A DNA stretch of 64,000 nt from a bacterium (GCA_965213625.1 CBDBZU010000004.1:896001-960000), one strand, 5' to 3'; counted from the first letter of the stretch, positions 20,151 to 31,396 are shown. The notes: generated from the letters alone by a model not told the origin. Made by a program: numbers and translations.

Positions 20151-20548
20151 GACCACAGACCCTGAATCGTTCAAACAACATGTTTGCATTTACGGGGCCG
20201 TCCACATACGTTCGGTCGTGGATGGAGGGCATCGAGGATGCCGTGTCCGGCGGTATCGCGATGGCTACGAGGATCGCCTCGGCGGGCTTGCGACCGGACG
20301 CGCAACAACTGGGTACGGGCATGTAGTGCGGGCCGGTGACGGCGCTGTCGCGCGGGAACGCATGCATGGGGCCGAACGGCAGGCCAATGCAGGATTTCCC
20401 CTGACCGTCGGTTTTGAAAGCCCGAGCGGCTCCGTCTCCGTTCGCTTGGCCCTCCCGCGTACGCCTCCCGGCATGGTCTCGCGTCGGCGGGACCGTGCCG
20501 GCGGCGCGGAAAGTCAGGCACACCCAGAAATCGAACGGGGCAAACAGC

Positions 20549-20759
20549 ATGGGCGATGACGAGAGGGGATTCTTCGACACCCGGCGGACTATCTCGGCCT
20601 CTCGCACCGCACACTGGACGGCTACCGCGTGAGGGGGGACGGACCCGCCTTTCACCGCTTCGGCAACCGGGTGCGGTATCGCAGTGGGACCTGGACGCGT
20701 GGGCGGCAAAGCGCCGGGCGACCACGACGGCGGAGGCGGACAGGCTGGGCGCGCGATAA
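20549..20759 (+). pseudogene. Excisionase-like HTH (HTH_17) remnant, frameshifted
   Basis: Across frames: FDT..ADYLGLSHRTLDGYRVRGDGPAFHRFGNRVRY..DLDAW. Confidence 0.65.
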
Positions 20760-21074
20760 GGGCTGGGAGAGCGCACGCTTTCAACTGGGATTTCTCGGTC
20801 GATGGTGACGGCGCTGCGGTCGGCGGCTCTGTGGTGAGAGGGCGCGCTGACTTTCGAGCACGCGGCTGACTTGCCTTCGCTGCGTGTTCGGCATAAGGTA
20901 CGCCAAACGGGACAGGCGACGCTCGGCAGATTTGCGCGCTGTGCGCACTGCCAAGCCGGGCGACAGGTTCGGAGAGATCGCGATGACCATCTTCAACGAA
21001 GGACGATATGCGATCCGCTGGGTGCGGCGGTTGCGGCCACCGCCGGGCGCGCGAAAAATTGTTTCGCGCAGGGG

Positions 21075-21109
21075 TTGACAAGGTCTGAGGGGGCTCCCCT
21101 CACTATAAT
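21075..21109 (+). promoter_or_regulatory. Consensus TTGACA and TATAAT hexamers 23 bp apart with an intervening hairpin
   Basis: TTGACA 21075-21080, TGAGGGG-gct-CCCCTCA, TATAAT 21104-21109; spacing is non-canonical. Confidence 0.3.
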
Positions 21110-21184
21110 CGCCGGATCGCCGGATCGCCGGATCGCCGGATCGCCGGATCGCCGGATCGCCGGATCGCCGGATCGCCGGATCGC
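21108..21184 (+). repeat. Octanucleotide tandem repeat (ATCGCCGG) x9 plus 5 bp
   Basis: Perfect units read directly from the sequence. Confidence 0.97.
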
Positions 21185-21559
21185 TCGTATTCACCGCACT
21201 GCTTTTAATCTCCTCCCCCGTTTATGCGGAGACCGTGACGCTCGAATGCCCGTCGAGTGTTGTTGAAGGTGGGTTGGTGGCGCAGGCGACCAACTGCTCG
21301 GACCCGAACCTGCCTATCGGGCATCCCTACTGTGAGTATCGGAACTTCCCCGGTATTGCGATAAACGCACATTCAACTGATCCAACTTCGGCGGGGGTTG
21401 GTCCGAACGGTCGTGATGAGTTCAAGTTTGAAATTCTCGATGCTGATGGTGGGGTGTACGGCGTTTGAGGGGCATGAACCAGCACTAAAAGGGAGCAACG
21501 TTGAGCGAATCCGCATTGGAATTCTGAAATTATCACGGCTCCACCGGATGCGACGAGGA

Positions 21560-21680
21560 AAATGAGACCCTGCATAACAAGGTTTTCCCCACGTACGGGA
21601 TTTGATTGCATACGAAGCCGAAACCGCCAAAGAGTTGAAGAAGGCGTTTCAGGATTCGGTGAACACGTATATACGCGGCC
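21560..21680 (+). pseudogene. HicB-family antitoxin remnant
   Basis: HVRDLIAYEAETAKELKKAFQDSVNTY. Confidence 0.6.
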
Positions 21681-21775
21681 ATACACGTCTGCGGTCCGCT
21701 CTATCACCTAACTCCCGAATAGTAACAATTGTCGGACACTACAATGAGGAACAATAGATCATGAGGATAATGATC

Positions 21776-23161
21776 GAGTTACTGTCAAATGTTGTGTATG
21801 GCCGTCATGAGTTCAGCGGCCTCCCTGCCGGTTTCGTTTTCGTTCACCCCATCGATGAATCTCACGTCGGTGATCACGTCCGCCAGATGACGCAGGCCGC
21901 GTAGCGGCCCCCATCGCTTCTCGGCGCTCATGGCGAGTTGATGAACGAGGCTCAGCGCCGACTTCTCGCTCAGGCAGTTCCTCGTCTTCGCCGTTCGCAG
22001 CCGGATAGTGGCGAAGGTCGACTCGATGGGGTTCGTCGTCCGGATACTCCGCCAGTGCCCCGCCGGGAAGTCGTAGAAGGAGAACAACTCATCCTCGTCC
22101 TTCGCCAGGCACTCGACGGCTTTGGGGTACTTCGCCTCCCAGGTGGCGCAGAAGCGTTCGAACGCGCCCTGCGCATGCGCGCGGGTGTCGGCCCCCCACA
22201 TCTCATGGAGCATCGACTTCGCTTCGCCCTGAACGCTTTTGGGCATCTTGTCGAGAACGTTCGCCGTCTTGTGCACCCAGCAGCGCTGCGCACGGGTCTC
22301 GGGATAAACCTCCGCCAGGGCCAACCAGAACCCCAGACTCCCGTCGCCCACCGCCAGCTTCGCCGCCTTCACGCCCCGGTCACGCAGGCTCAACAGAACC
22401 GCCTGCCAGCTCTCCTTCGACTCCCTAAAGCCTGGTTCCAGGGCCACGAAGCGCTTGCGGCCACGCGCGTCGCAGCCCACAACCACCAATAGACACCGCC
22501 GCTCCCCGCTGCGGACGTTCAAGTAGATACCGTCCGCCCATAGATATACGAACTCCTCGCCATGCCACGCCCGCTTGCGCCACGCGGCGTACTCGCGATC
22601 CCACCCCTCCTTGAGACGTGTGATGCTCGCCGGGGACAAGCCCCCCACCGATTCGCCGAACAGCGCCCGCAGCGCCTCGCCGAAGTCGTTCGTCGAGACC
22701 CCCTTGAGGTACAGCCAAGGGATCACCGCCTCCACATGATTCGTCTTCTTCAGATACGGAGGCAACAACTCCGAGTGGAAGCACCGGCCCGAGCCCGAAC
22801 GGTCCCGCGCCCGCGGCACCTGGACCTCGACCGGGCCCACACCCGTCAATACCTCCCGCGACGGCAGATAGCCGTTGCGAACCACCGCGCGGCGGCCCTG
22901 CGCGTCTTGCTCGCCCGCATGTTCTTCCAGAAAGGCATTCAACTCCGCTTCCACCGCCTGGCGGATGATTCGTTGCGCGCCCGCGCGCACCAAGTCGCTC
23001 AACTCGTCACGGAACGCTGGACTTACAAAGGGTATCGTCTTATCTTCTCTCATGGTGGCGCATCTCCTTGTGCTGAATGACCGGGCTCTTTGACAAACCC
23101 ATTTCAGCAGGATGCGCCGCCTTTTTCAATTCAGCTCATACACAACATCTGACAGTAACTC
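21776..23161 (-). mobile_element. IS256 family insertion sequence
   Basis: 25-bp terminal IRs GAGTTACTGTCARATGTTGTGTATG (24/25 match); no flanking direct repeat seen. Confidence 0.93.
21785..23053 (-). CDS. IS256 family (Mutator-type DDE) transposase
   Basis: RNGY, VPRARDR, YLWADG, GDG, QRCWVHK, RTTNPIES. Confidence 0.95.
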   Translation of the reverse strand: MREDKTIPFVSPAFRDELSDLVRAGAQRIIRQAVEAELNAFLEEHAGEQDAQGRRAVVRNGYLPSREVLTGVGPVEVQVPRARDRSGSGRCFHSELLPPYLKKTNHVEAVIPWLYLKGVSTNDFGEALRALFGESVGGLSPASITRLKEGWDREYAAWRKRAWHGEEFVYLWADGIYLNVRSGERRCLLVVVGCDARGRKRFVALEPGFRESKESWQAVLLSLRDRGVKAAKLAVGDGSLGFWLALAEVYPETRAQRCWVHKTANVLDKMPKSVQGEAKSMLHEMWGADTRAHAQGAFERFCATWEAKYPKAVECLAKDEDELFSFYDFPAGHWRSIRTTNPIESTFATIRLRTAKTRNCLSEKSALSLVHQLAMSAEKRWGPLRGLRHLADVITDVRFIDGVNENETGREAAELMTAIHNI

Positions 23162-25015
23162 CATTAAGATCACTGCTACGAACCACGCCATCTGGACGGC
23201 AGGCACAGAGCATCGTCCAAACCGCCCCAACACCACCGCCTACGGCATCTTCGCTTATCAGGCGAACCCCGGCAATATCGACATTGACCTGGGGCTGGGC
23301 TCCTCCGTTCTGACCGAAGGAGATAACTCTCACGGCATCGTGGCCTACAGCTTTAGCGACGCCGACGCCCGGCGTATCGATATCACGCTCGACGGCTCGG
23401 TCACTGTAAAGGGTGAGGCGCAGGGGGTCCGTGTGGGCATCGTCTGTGGCGGGGCCCCGGCCCGTATGGCGGCCATCGGCGCCGATGGTTTTCGCCAGCA
23501 GACGGTGACGGTGAACGATGCGATCACGAGTGCGGGCGAGGGTATCTTTCTTGCCAACGGCGGCAAGGTGATCATCGGATCTTCAGGCAGCATCACTTCC
23601 GGTTCCGGGATCGCGATCCTGGCCGCGGGCACTGTGCCTGCGGTAGGGGATGATCCGAACACCACGGATGACGAAGCCATGCTGGCCATTCCACCGAAGC
23701 TGCGCGTGGACCTGAACCCGGGCGGGCAACGGATGACCGGTGAAGAGGGCTGGGCGGGGGCTGGATTCTCAATGATGGCGGGGAGACTACCATCGCGGTC
23801 AACGACACGGTATTGCACGAGGGGGCGACCGGCGTGGTAGCCACTGCGGTGGCCCACAACGGGGTCTGGGATGTGACGATGAAGGACGAGGGCGTGACGG
23901 TGAATGACCGTACGAATGCGGACCCCGCGATGTGGACCATCGCCCCGCGTGCGCCAGGGGTCATTGCGGATCGGGATTTCAATGCAGACGACTTCACGGA
24001 GGTAAGAAGAGTGTGTCCGGATGGGCAGGTTGGGATGCCTCCGAACTGCACCACTCCACCCCCGCCGATGTGTCCGGATGGGCAGGTTGGGACGCCTCCG
24101 AACTGTACCACTCCACCCCCGCCTCCGGTATTCATGGAGGAATACGCCCCGAGAGCAGCGGTCTATGAAGCCTTGCCTGATTTCCTGCTGGGCCTGCATA
24201 CGGCCCCCGCCCCCCCCGACCTGCCGGTATGGATCGAGCTGTCGGACCATACCGGGAGCCAGGACTTCGAGCACTCCACGGTAGATACCCGGTACGATTC
24301 CGAGCACCTGGTAGTCAGTGCGGGCGTTACGGTCCCGGTGAGTCGCCACTGGAAGATCGATGCCTCGGCGCATCAGGTATCCGGTTCCGCAGACGTCTCT
24401 TCTCCGGTGAAGGGAGGGGAAATTCACGCCCGGGGCCAGGGTCTGTCGTTTGGTGCACACTGGCAAAGTGAGCACGGCCACTACGCAACCGGTCGTGTCT
24501 CGTGGACGGACTATGATCTGAATATTTCTTCGGACAACATAGGGTTATTGATTTCGCATGTGGAGGCGGAACGGTTAGCCCTGCTGGTGGAGGCCGGACG
24601 TCGTATGGCCTGGGGAGAGCGGGCGCACTGGACCCCGCAGGTGCGTGTCGATTACATACAGGTGCGGGTGGATGGCTTTACCGATGCAACGGGGGCGCGG
24701 GTATCGTTTCCACAGGCCGAGCGGTATCGTGCGAGCCTGGGGGTGCTGGTAGATACCAGGAAAGAAGCCTGGGGCGGTGAGTTGTCGTTGTGGGGTTCGG
24801 TGCACCTGAAGCATGCATTCGGGGATACGAGCACCACAAGCCGGGTCTCAGGTGAGCAGCTGCGGGCAAAACCGCAAGCAGACAGTGTGCAACTCGGCCT
24901 GGGCGCTACCTGGCAGCAGGGTCCGTGGGCACTGAATGTTGCGCTGTCGGCCCGGCAGGCCTCCGGCGGAAGCCATACCTACTCGGGCTTTCTAAATGTC
25001 GGAATGCAGTTCTGA
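23162..25015 (+). pseudogene. Autotransporter, 5'-truncated by IS256 and frameshifted near 23755
   Basis: Gly/Thr-rich passenger in ORF 23112-23840 continues in ORF 23813-25015; YAPRAAVYEALP linker; beta-barrel ending in MQF. Confidence 0.85.
24014..24127 (+). repeat. 57-bp tandem duplication encoding CPDGQVGxPPNCTTPPPP
   Basis: Units start at 24014 and 24071. Confidence 0.9.
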
Positions 25016-25169
25016 AAAAGATATATCCAGGACCTGGAGCGTTATCTGAATAATAATCACACACACAATTGACTGGAACAATCAGTATGCGCTGATGCCC
25101 GAACTCGCAGCTGATGCGTTCTCGGAATTCTACAAGAAGTACATCGACAAATTGGATTCAATTGGCGCA

Positions 25170-25454
25170 TCGGCCTCTTCCCCATTGCCCAGCGTCGTGA
25201 AGGTGACGATGGAGAAATAAAGGGCCGGCTCCACACTTTGAAAAGCGCCGATAAACAGGAATGCCCCGCCCATGACCATGCGCTGAGGCTGAGGCCGATA
25301 ATAAACCAAAGCACGACGGCGACCAGCGCAATGGTCATCTTGAGGAGAAATGGCGCTTCACAAGCCAGCCTCCTCGCATCCTCAGCACTTCGATGGCTGC
25401 GCTGATGAACAGAACTTGCATGCCAATCGTCAGGAAGATGACGATTGCTCCCAT
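25170..25454 (-). pseudogene. Potassium-channel-family (Ion_trans_2) protein remnant
   Basis: Frameshifted TM helices, then pore-helix motif ALYFSIVTFTTLGNG; truncated. Confidence 0.7.
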
Positions 25455-25710
25455 ACCGATCTGTATCGACACGAACCGGCTCCCATACGACGCAGACGGA
25501 GCGTTGCGCCCGCTGCGGCGAAGTCGCCGATGACGAATCCGGTGAAAACTCCATGCTTCCTGAAGATTATAGGATGCTTGCAGCAGATTAGGGAATCAAA
25601 TACATTGAATCCTCGACTTTGCATGAAATCAAGGCTAGCCGATCTCGATCTTCGCGCCGGATCGACGTTCCGTCCAAGGTGTCGCTATCCACTTGGGGAG
25701 AGCCGTCCCG

Positions 25711-26784
25711 ATGTCATTCAACAGGTATTTCAGCCCGTGCGGCGCCTTGCTCCTCGCCCTCTCCCTGTCCGCCTGCGAGGACGCCCCGGAAACGAAGAGC
25801 AGAGTCCCGGCCGTGCGGCCGGTCAAGCTGAGCACGGTCAAGGCGGCCGGCGGGGCGCGGGTGAATCGCTTCCCGGCGGTGATCGGCGCAGGCCGGCTCT
25901 CGGAGTTGAGCCTCCAGGTAGGCGGCATGCTGCGCGAGTTCCCGGTAAGGGAGGCGCAGCGTCTCAAGCGCGGCGCCCTGATCGCCCGGCTGGATCAGCG
26001 GGATTTCAGGTCCGCCCTCGCCTCGGCCAGAGCGCAATACCAGAACGCGGAAAAAGAGTATCGGCGCGCGGTTCGCCTGGCGGCGCAGGACGCCATTGCG
26101 CGCACCGTGCTGGAGCAGCGCAAGACCCAGCGGGACGTGACGCGGGCGCAGTTGGAGCGCGCCGAAAAAGCGCTGGCCGACTCCGTGTTGCGCGCCCCCT
26201 TCAAAGGGATGATCGCGCAGACGATGGTGAAAAAACTCCAAAACGTGTCGCCTGGCCAGGTCGTCGTGAAACTCATGAGCGACGACGCGTTCGAAGCCAC
26301 CATCGATATGCCATCCGGCTTTCTGGCCAGGATTCCCAGAAAATCCGCTGAAAACAACCCCGATCGGCGGGCCTTCGTCATCCTGGACGCGGTCCCCGAC
26401 CAACGTATCGAAGCCGTTTTCAAGGAAGCGACGCTACTGGCGGATAAAGCGTCCCAAACCTACGCGATCACGTTTGCGTTTCGCCCTCCCGAAAATCTGC
26501 TCGTGCTGCCCGGCATGAATGCGAACGTGGAACTGCGGGTGGAAAACAAGATCCGGACGCCTCGCGTGGCTGTGCCCCTGGCCGCGGTGACCAACGACGG
26601 GAAAAACAACTACGTCTGGGTCGTCGACAAGAAAACGATGAGGGTATCGAAGCGCGTCGTCACTCTCGAAGAAGGCGTCGGCGAGACGGTCGTCGTCACC
26701 GCGGGTCTCGCGGACGAGGAAACCATCGCCGGCGCGGGCGCGGCCTATCTGTCGGAGGGCATGAAAATCAGAGAGTGGAAATGA
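25711..26784 (+). CDS. RND efflux periplasmic adaptor (MFP), lipoprotein
   Basis: LSAC lipobox, RPVK, LRAPFKG, LPGM, coiled hairpin. Confidence 0.92.
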   Translation: MSFNRYFSPCGALLLALSLSACEDAPETKSRVPAVRPVKLSTVKAAGGARVNRFPAVIGAGRLSELSLQVGGMLREFPVREAQRLKRGALIARLDQRDFRSALASARAQYQNAEKEYRRAVRLAAQDAIARTVLEQRKTQRDVTRAQLERAEKALADSVLRAPFKGMIAQTMVKKLQNVSPGQVVVKLMSDDAFEATIDMPSGFLARIPRKSAENNPDRRAFVILDAVPDQRIEAVFKEATLLADKASQTYAITFAFRPPENLLVLPGMNANVELRVENKIRTPRVAVPLAAVTNDGKNNYVWVVDKKTMRVSKRVVTLEEGVGETVVVTAGLADEETIAGAGAAYLSEGMKIREWK

Positions 26785-26836
26785 TGTGCGGGCATCGCCC
26801 ACCCGGTTCGGCCCGCGCAACCGGGTGCGTCGCGCC

Positions 26837-29800
26837 ATGAACATCGCCGAATTCACCATCAGGAACACCGTGTTGAGCGTCATCGTCATCGCGTTGACGA
26901 TTGCGGGCGGCTGGTCGGCCTACCGGGACATGGCGCGTTTCGAGGATCCGGAATTCATCATTCGCCAGGCCCTTGTCATCACGGGCTACCCGGGCGCCGG
27001 CCCTCACGAAGTCGCGCTCGAGATTACCGAGCCCCTGGAGAAGGCCATCCGGCAATTGGTGGAGGTCGACACCATCGAGTCCGTTTCCACTTCGGGAAGG
27101 TCCGAGATCAACGTGGAAATAAAATACGAAGCGTCGCCGAGCAAAACCGACCTCCAACTCATCTGGACCAAGCTGCGCAACAAGGTGAACGACGCCGCCC
27201 GGGGCCTGCCGCCCGGCGCGGAAACGCCCTACGTAGCCGACGATTTCGGCGACGTCTTCAGCCTGCTCTACTTCATTACCGGCGACGGCTATTCGCTCGC
27301 CGAGTTGAAACGCTACGGCAAATCCTTGCAGGGCTCCTTGCTCCAGGTCGAGGGCGTCGCCCACGTCACGCTGGACGGACTGCAAAAGGAAGCGATTTTC
27401 GTCGAGATATCCAGACAGGACGCAGCCGCCCTGGGGCTTTCCATTTCCAACATCTACGACACGCTCGCGCAACAAAACGCCGTCGTCGCATCGGGGGACG
27501 TCAAAATCGGCGACCGGCGCATCGTGATCGATCCCACCGGGTCGATTGATTCCGTCGAGGCGATCCGAAACCTCCTCGTATCGTCCGACAACAAGGGGAA
27601 AGTGATTTTCTTGAAGGATATCGCGCGCGTCTGGCGGGGTTACCGGGAGCCTGCGGAAAAACTGTATCGATACAACGGTGAGGCGGCGATTGCGCTGGGC
27701 GTTTCGGGCGCATCGGGCGGGAACATCGTGAAAATCGGCGCGGCCATCGACGAGAAAATCGCGGAGGGCGAGAGGTCGCGCCCCTTGGGCGTCGAGATCC
27801 ATGAATTCTACCACCAGGGGAAAATCGTGGACGAATCGGTGCGCGTCTTCGTCAGCAATGTGATCGCCGCGCTGGTCATCGTCATCGTCACGCTGCTGAT
27901 CTTCATGGGGCTGAGATCGGCCGTCGTGATCGGCGCGATTCTGCTTATGACGATTTTCGCCACCCTGGCGACGATGCACGCCGCCGACATTCCCATGCAC
28001 CGCATCTCCCTCGGCGCGCTCATCATAGCCCTGGGCATGATGGTGGACAACGCGATCGTGGTGACAGAGGGCATTCTCGTGGGCATGCAGAGGGGCGCCG
28101 GGAAACTGGAAATTGCGAACCGCATCGTCAAACGCGCCGTCTGGCCGCTGCTGGGCGGCACCCTGGTCGGCATCATCGCCTTCGCGCCCATCGGCTTCGC
28201 GCCCGGCTCCACTGCCGAGTATACCGGCCATCTGTTCTGGGTGATCCTGATCTCACTGATGTACAGCTGGGTATTCGCCGTTACGCTGACGCCGCTGTTC
28301 TGTTTCTGGCTCTTCGGGGAGCCTGCGGCGTCCTCGGGAGGCCGCGCGAGGCCCGAGAGCGGCTTGTTGCGAACATACAAGCGGTTTCTGCGCTTCGCGC
28401 TCAGAATGCGCATCGTCGTCATCGTCGGCGTGGTGAGCATATTTCTCGCCTCGGCCTGGGGCTTCCGGTTCGTCAAATCCGGATTTTTCCCCGCATCCAC
28501 CACGCCGCTGTTCGTCGTGGACTACTGGCTGCCCGAGGGGACGGACATCTCCAGGACCGCGCGCGACATCACGGCGCTGGAGAAGTTCGTCGCGGGCCTC
28601 GAGGGGGTCGACGCGGTGCAGGCGTCCATCGGGGCCGGTGCGCCGCGATTCATGCTGGTCTATCCCCCCGAATCCGGGAACCCGGCCTACGGACAACTGC
28701 TGGTGCGCACGGACGACTATCGAATCATCGGCGGCCTGATGCCGAAGATTCACGCATACGTGGAAAACGCCTTTCCCCAGGCCCAGGGGAAGGTGTGGCG
28801 CTTCGTGCTGGGGCCCGGCGGCGGGTCGAAAATCGAGGCCGAGTTCAGCGGGCCTGAGCCTGAAGCGCTTCGCGCCCTGGCGGACCGGGCCAAGGCCGTC
28901 ATGGCGGCCGACGGCGGAGCGCTGTCGATAAAGGACGACTGGCGACAGCCGGTGAGCGTGATCGAACCTGTTTATGCGGAAAGCCCGGGGCGGCGCGCGG
29001 GCGTCTCCCGCGAGGACCTGGCGAAGGCCCTGCAAAGAAACTTTTCCGGGCGTGTCGTCGGCGTCTACCGGGAGAACGACGAACTGGTTCCGATTATCTC
29101 CCGCGCACCCGAACACGAACGCGTGGATATCGACAACATCCACAACATTCAGGTGCTGAGTTCGGTCACGGGCAGAGCGGTGCCCATCGGCCAGGTGACC
29201 GACGGCTTCCGGACGCTGTGGCGCGATGGTCTGGTCCGGCGCAAGGACCGCGTCTGGCGAATCAAGGCGCAAAGCGACCCGTACCCGAACGAACTGCCTG
29301 CGGACCTCTTCGCGCGCCTTCGTCCGAAAATCGAAACCATCGACCTGCCCGAAGGCTACCGGCTCGAATGGGGCGGGGAGCACGGCGACTCGAAGGAGGC
29401 CAACGAAAACCTGGCCTCGACCATCCCGTTGGGCTTCCTCGCTATGGTGCTCGTCGTGTTCGTCCTGTTCGGCAGCGTCAGGCAGCCCGTCGTGATCTGG
29501 CTGGTCGTGCCGCTCGCCATCACCGGGGTGGTCGTCGGGTTGCTGGCGACGGGCACGCCCATGGAGTTCATGGCAATTCTGGGCTTGTTGTCTTTGTCGG
29601 GGCTGCTGATCAAGAATGCGATCGTGCTCGTCGATCAGACCGATCTGGAAATCGGCGAGGGCAAGGCGCGCTTCGACGCCGTGGTCGATGCGGCGGCCAG
29701 TCGCGTGCGCCCCGTTATGATGGGCGCATTGACGACCGTGCTGGGGGTCATGCCGTTGTATTTCGATGCGTTCTTCAAGTCGATGTCCGTGGTGCTCATA

Positions 29801-29914
29801 TTCGGACTCACCTTCGCCACACTGTTGACGCTGGTGATCGCGCCGGTGCTCTATGCCTTGTTTTTCCGAATCGGCCCGACGGAAGTCGAGGGAGGTGCGA
29901 ACGATGCGGAATAA
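26837..29914 (+). CDS. RND efflux permease (AcrB/AcrD/AcrF family)
   Basis: EDPEF, ALGMMVDNAIVV, IKNAIVL, RVRPVMM..LTT; ~1025 aa. Confidence 0.95.
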   Translation: MNIAEFTIRNTVLSVIVIALTIAGGWSAYRDMARFEDPEFIIRQALVITGYPGAGPHEVALEITEPLEKAIRQLVEVDTIESVSTSGRSEINVEIKYEASPSKTDLQLIWTKLRNKVNDAARGLPPGAETPYVADDFGDVFSLLYFITGDGYSLAELKRYGKSLQGSLLQVEGVAHVTLDGLQKEAIFVEISRQDAAALGLSISNIYDTLAQQNAVVASGDVKIGDRRIVIDPTGSIDSVEAIRNLLVSSDNKGKVIFLKDIARVWRGYREPAEKLYRYNGEAAIALGVSGASGGNIVKIGAAIDEKIAEGERSRPLGVEIHEFYHQGKIVDESVRVFVSNVIAALVIVIVTLLIFMGLRSAVVIGAILLMTIFATLATMHAADIPMHRISLGALIIALGMMVDNAIVVTEGILVGMQRGAGKLEIANRIVKRAVWPLLGGTLVGIIAFAPIGFAPGSTAEYTGHLFWVILISLMYSWVFAVTLTPLFCFWLFGEPAASSGGRARPESGLLRTYKRFLRFALRMRIVVIVGVVSIFLASAWGFRFVKSGFFPASTTPLFVVDYWLPEGTDISRTARDITALEKFVAGLEGVDAVQASIGAGAPRFMLVYPPESGNPAYGQLLVRTDDYRIIGGLMPKIHAYVENAFPQAQGKVWRFVLGPGGGSKIEAEFSGPEPEALRALADRAKAVMAADGGALSIKDDWRQPVSVIEPVYAESPGRRAGVSREDLAKALQRNFSGRVVGVYRENDELVPIISRAPEHERVDIDNIHNIQVLSSVTGRAVPIGQVTDGFRTLWRDGLVRRKDRVWRIKAQSDPYPNELPADLFARLRPKIETIDLPEGYRLEWGGEHGDSKEANENLASTIPLGFLAMVLVVFVLFGSVRQPVVIWLVVPLAITGVVVGLLATGTPMEFMAILGLLSLSGLLIKNAIVLVDQTDLEIGEGKARFDAVVDAAASRVRPVMMGALTTVLGVMPLYFDAFFKSMSVVLIFGLTFATLLTLVIAPVLYALFFRIGPTEVEGGANDAE

Positions 29915-31322
29915 GAGGTCGTCCCTGCCCATCCAGGCGTTATCGGTCTGCTTTCTGGTCGCGCTAATTGGCTGCGGCCGCGCGAAGGTCCGCGGCGATG
30001 AAACCGTTAAAGCCAAAATCGCGCGTCAGACCACGTTTACGCCGCAAACCTGGGCGACGAGCGTGGACGAGTCCCGACTCCGAAGCGCGAGGCGGGTTGA
30101 CTGGCTGAAATCCTTTCAGGACGCCCGGCTGAGTGGTTTGGTCGCCCAGACCCTGGCAAACAACCGCGACCTCATGGCCGCGGCGGCGAACGTGGAGCGC
30201 GCCAGGGCGTTGGCCGTTCAAGCCGGCGCGCAACTGAAGCCCCAGGTGAATCTGGCCTTCGCCGGCTCGCGCTCCGGCGCACTCGAGAGCGCCGTGCCCG
30301 AGGTTTCGGACCACAAACTCTCGGTTCAGCTGAACTGGGAAGTCGACCTGTGGGGGCGCATCGGCGCGGGTCGGCGCGCGGCCGTCGCCAGCGCCGATGC
30401 CGCGGCCGCCGACTACAAATACGCGCAACACTCCCTGACAGCGGCGACGGCAAAAGCCTACTTCATCTCGATCGAGGTGGGGCGGCAAGCGGCCATATTG
30501 AAGGAAATCCTCGCGTCGCTCAAAGAAACCGTCCGCATCGTCAATGTGCAATACGAGAACGGACTCACCTCCGCTCAGGACGTCGCGTTGGCGAAATCCG
30601 ATTTGGCGTCCACCCGCGAACAATTGATCACGCTTGAGTCGTCTGAGAGAGAGGCGCTCCGCGCGCTGGAAGTGCTGTTGGGACGCTACCCCAAGGGCGA
30701 GCTCGCCGTGCGCGCGGCGTTGCCGCCTCTGCCGCCCATGCCGCCGCCGGGCGTGCCCTCCGACATCCTGGAGCGGCGGCCGGATCTGATCGCCGGCGAA
30801 CGCCGCGTCGCCGCCGCCTTCAACGCCCTGAAACAGGCGAAGGCCGCGCGCCTGCCGCAGTTGAGCCTGACCGGTAGCATCGGAGGAGTCTCTGGTTCCC
30901 TGTCGAACATCACCGATCCGGCCAACATCGCCTGGCGGATCGCTGGCAACCTGTTGGCCCCCATCTTCGACGGCGGCGCCGGAAAAGCGCAGGTGGAAAT
31001 CGCAACGGCGGAACAAAAGCAAGCCCTGGCGGCCTATGCCCAAACCGCGCTCAACGCATTCAGCGAAGTGGAAACCAATCTCGACCTCGCCAGCACGCTC
31101 GCCCGGCGCGAAGAGGCGCTCGGCGTCGCGCTCGGGGAGGCGGAAAAGGCGCACCGAATCGCCCGGCTCAGATACACCGAAGGCGAAATCGGCCTGATCG
31201 ACCTGTTGGCCATACAACAGCGCGTGCTCTCGGCGAAGAGCAATATGTTGTCCGTCCGGCGTCTCGCGCTCGAACAGCGCGTTAATCTCTTTCTCGCGCT
31301 GGGCGGGAACTGGGAAAGTTGA
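29904..31322 (+). CDS. RND outer membrane factor (NodT/OprM-like lipoprotein)
   Basis: LIGC lipobox, WEVDLWGR, PSDILERRPDL, LFLALGGNW. Confidence 0.93.
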   Translation: MRNKRSSLPIQALSVCFLVALIGCGRAKVRGDETVKAKIARQTTFTPQTWATSVDESRLRSARRVDWLKSFQDARLSGLVAQTLANNRDLMAAAANVERARALAVQAGAQLKPQVNLAFAGSRSGALESAVPEVSDHKLSVQLNWEVDLWGRIGAGRRAAVASADAAAADYKYAQHSLTAATAKAYFISIEVGRQAAILKEILASLKETVRIVNVQYENGLTSAQDVALAKSDLASTREQLITLESSEREALRALEVLLGRYPKGELAVRAALPPLPPMPPPGVPSDILERRPDLIAGERRVAAAFNALKQAKAARLPQLSLTGSIGGVSGSLSNITDPANIAWRIAGNLLAPIFDGGAGKAQVEIATAEQKQALAAYAQTALNAFSEVETNLDLASTLARREEALGVALGEAEKAHRIARLRYTEGEIGLIDLLAIQQRVLSAKSNMLSVRRLALEQRVNLFLALGGNWES

Positions 31323-31396
31323 ATGCATACGAGTCCGTCGCGCATTCAGGCACTGCCTGGAAAAGCTGCTTGTCCGAAACATCGGAAAAAACCTAA

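Noticed and set aside
21108-21184. Possible CRISPR array
   Set aside because: Contiguous 8-bp units with no spacers and no cas genes; no CRISPR array was seen in the window
26768-31382. Long minus-strand ORFs (487, 587 and 472 aa), and similar ones at 41735-43408, 51067-52782 and 61925-63217
   Set aside because: Antisense shadows of GC-rich genes with no recognisable motifs
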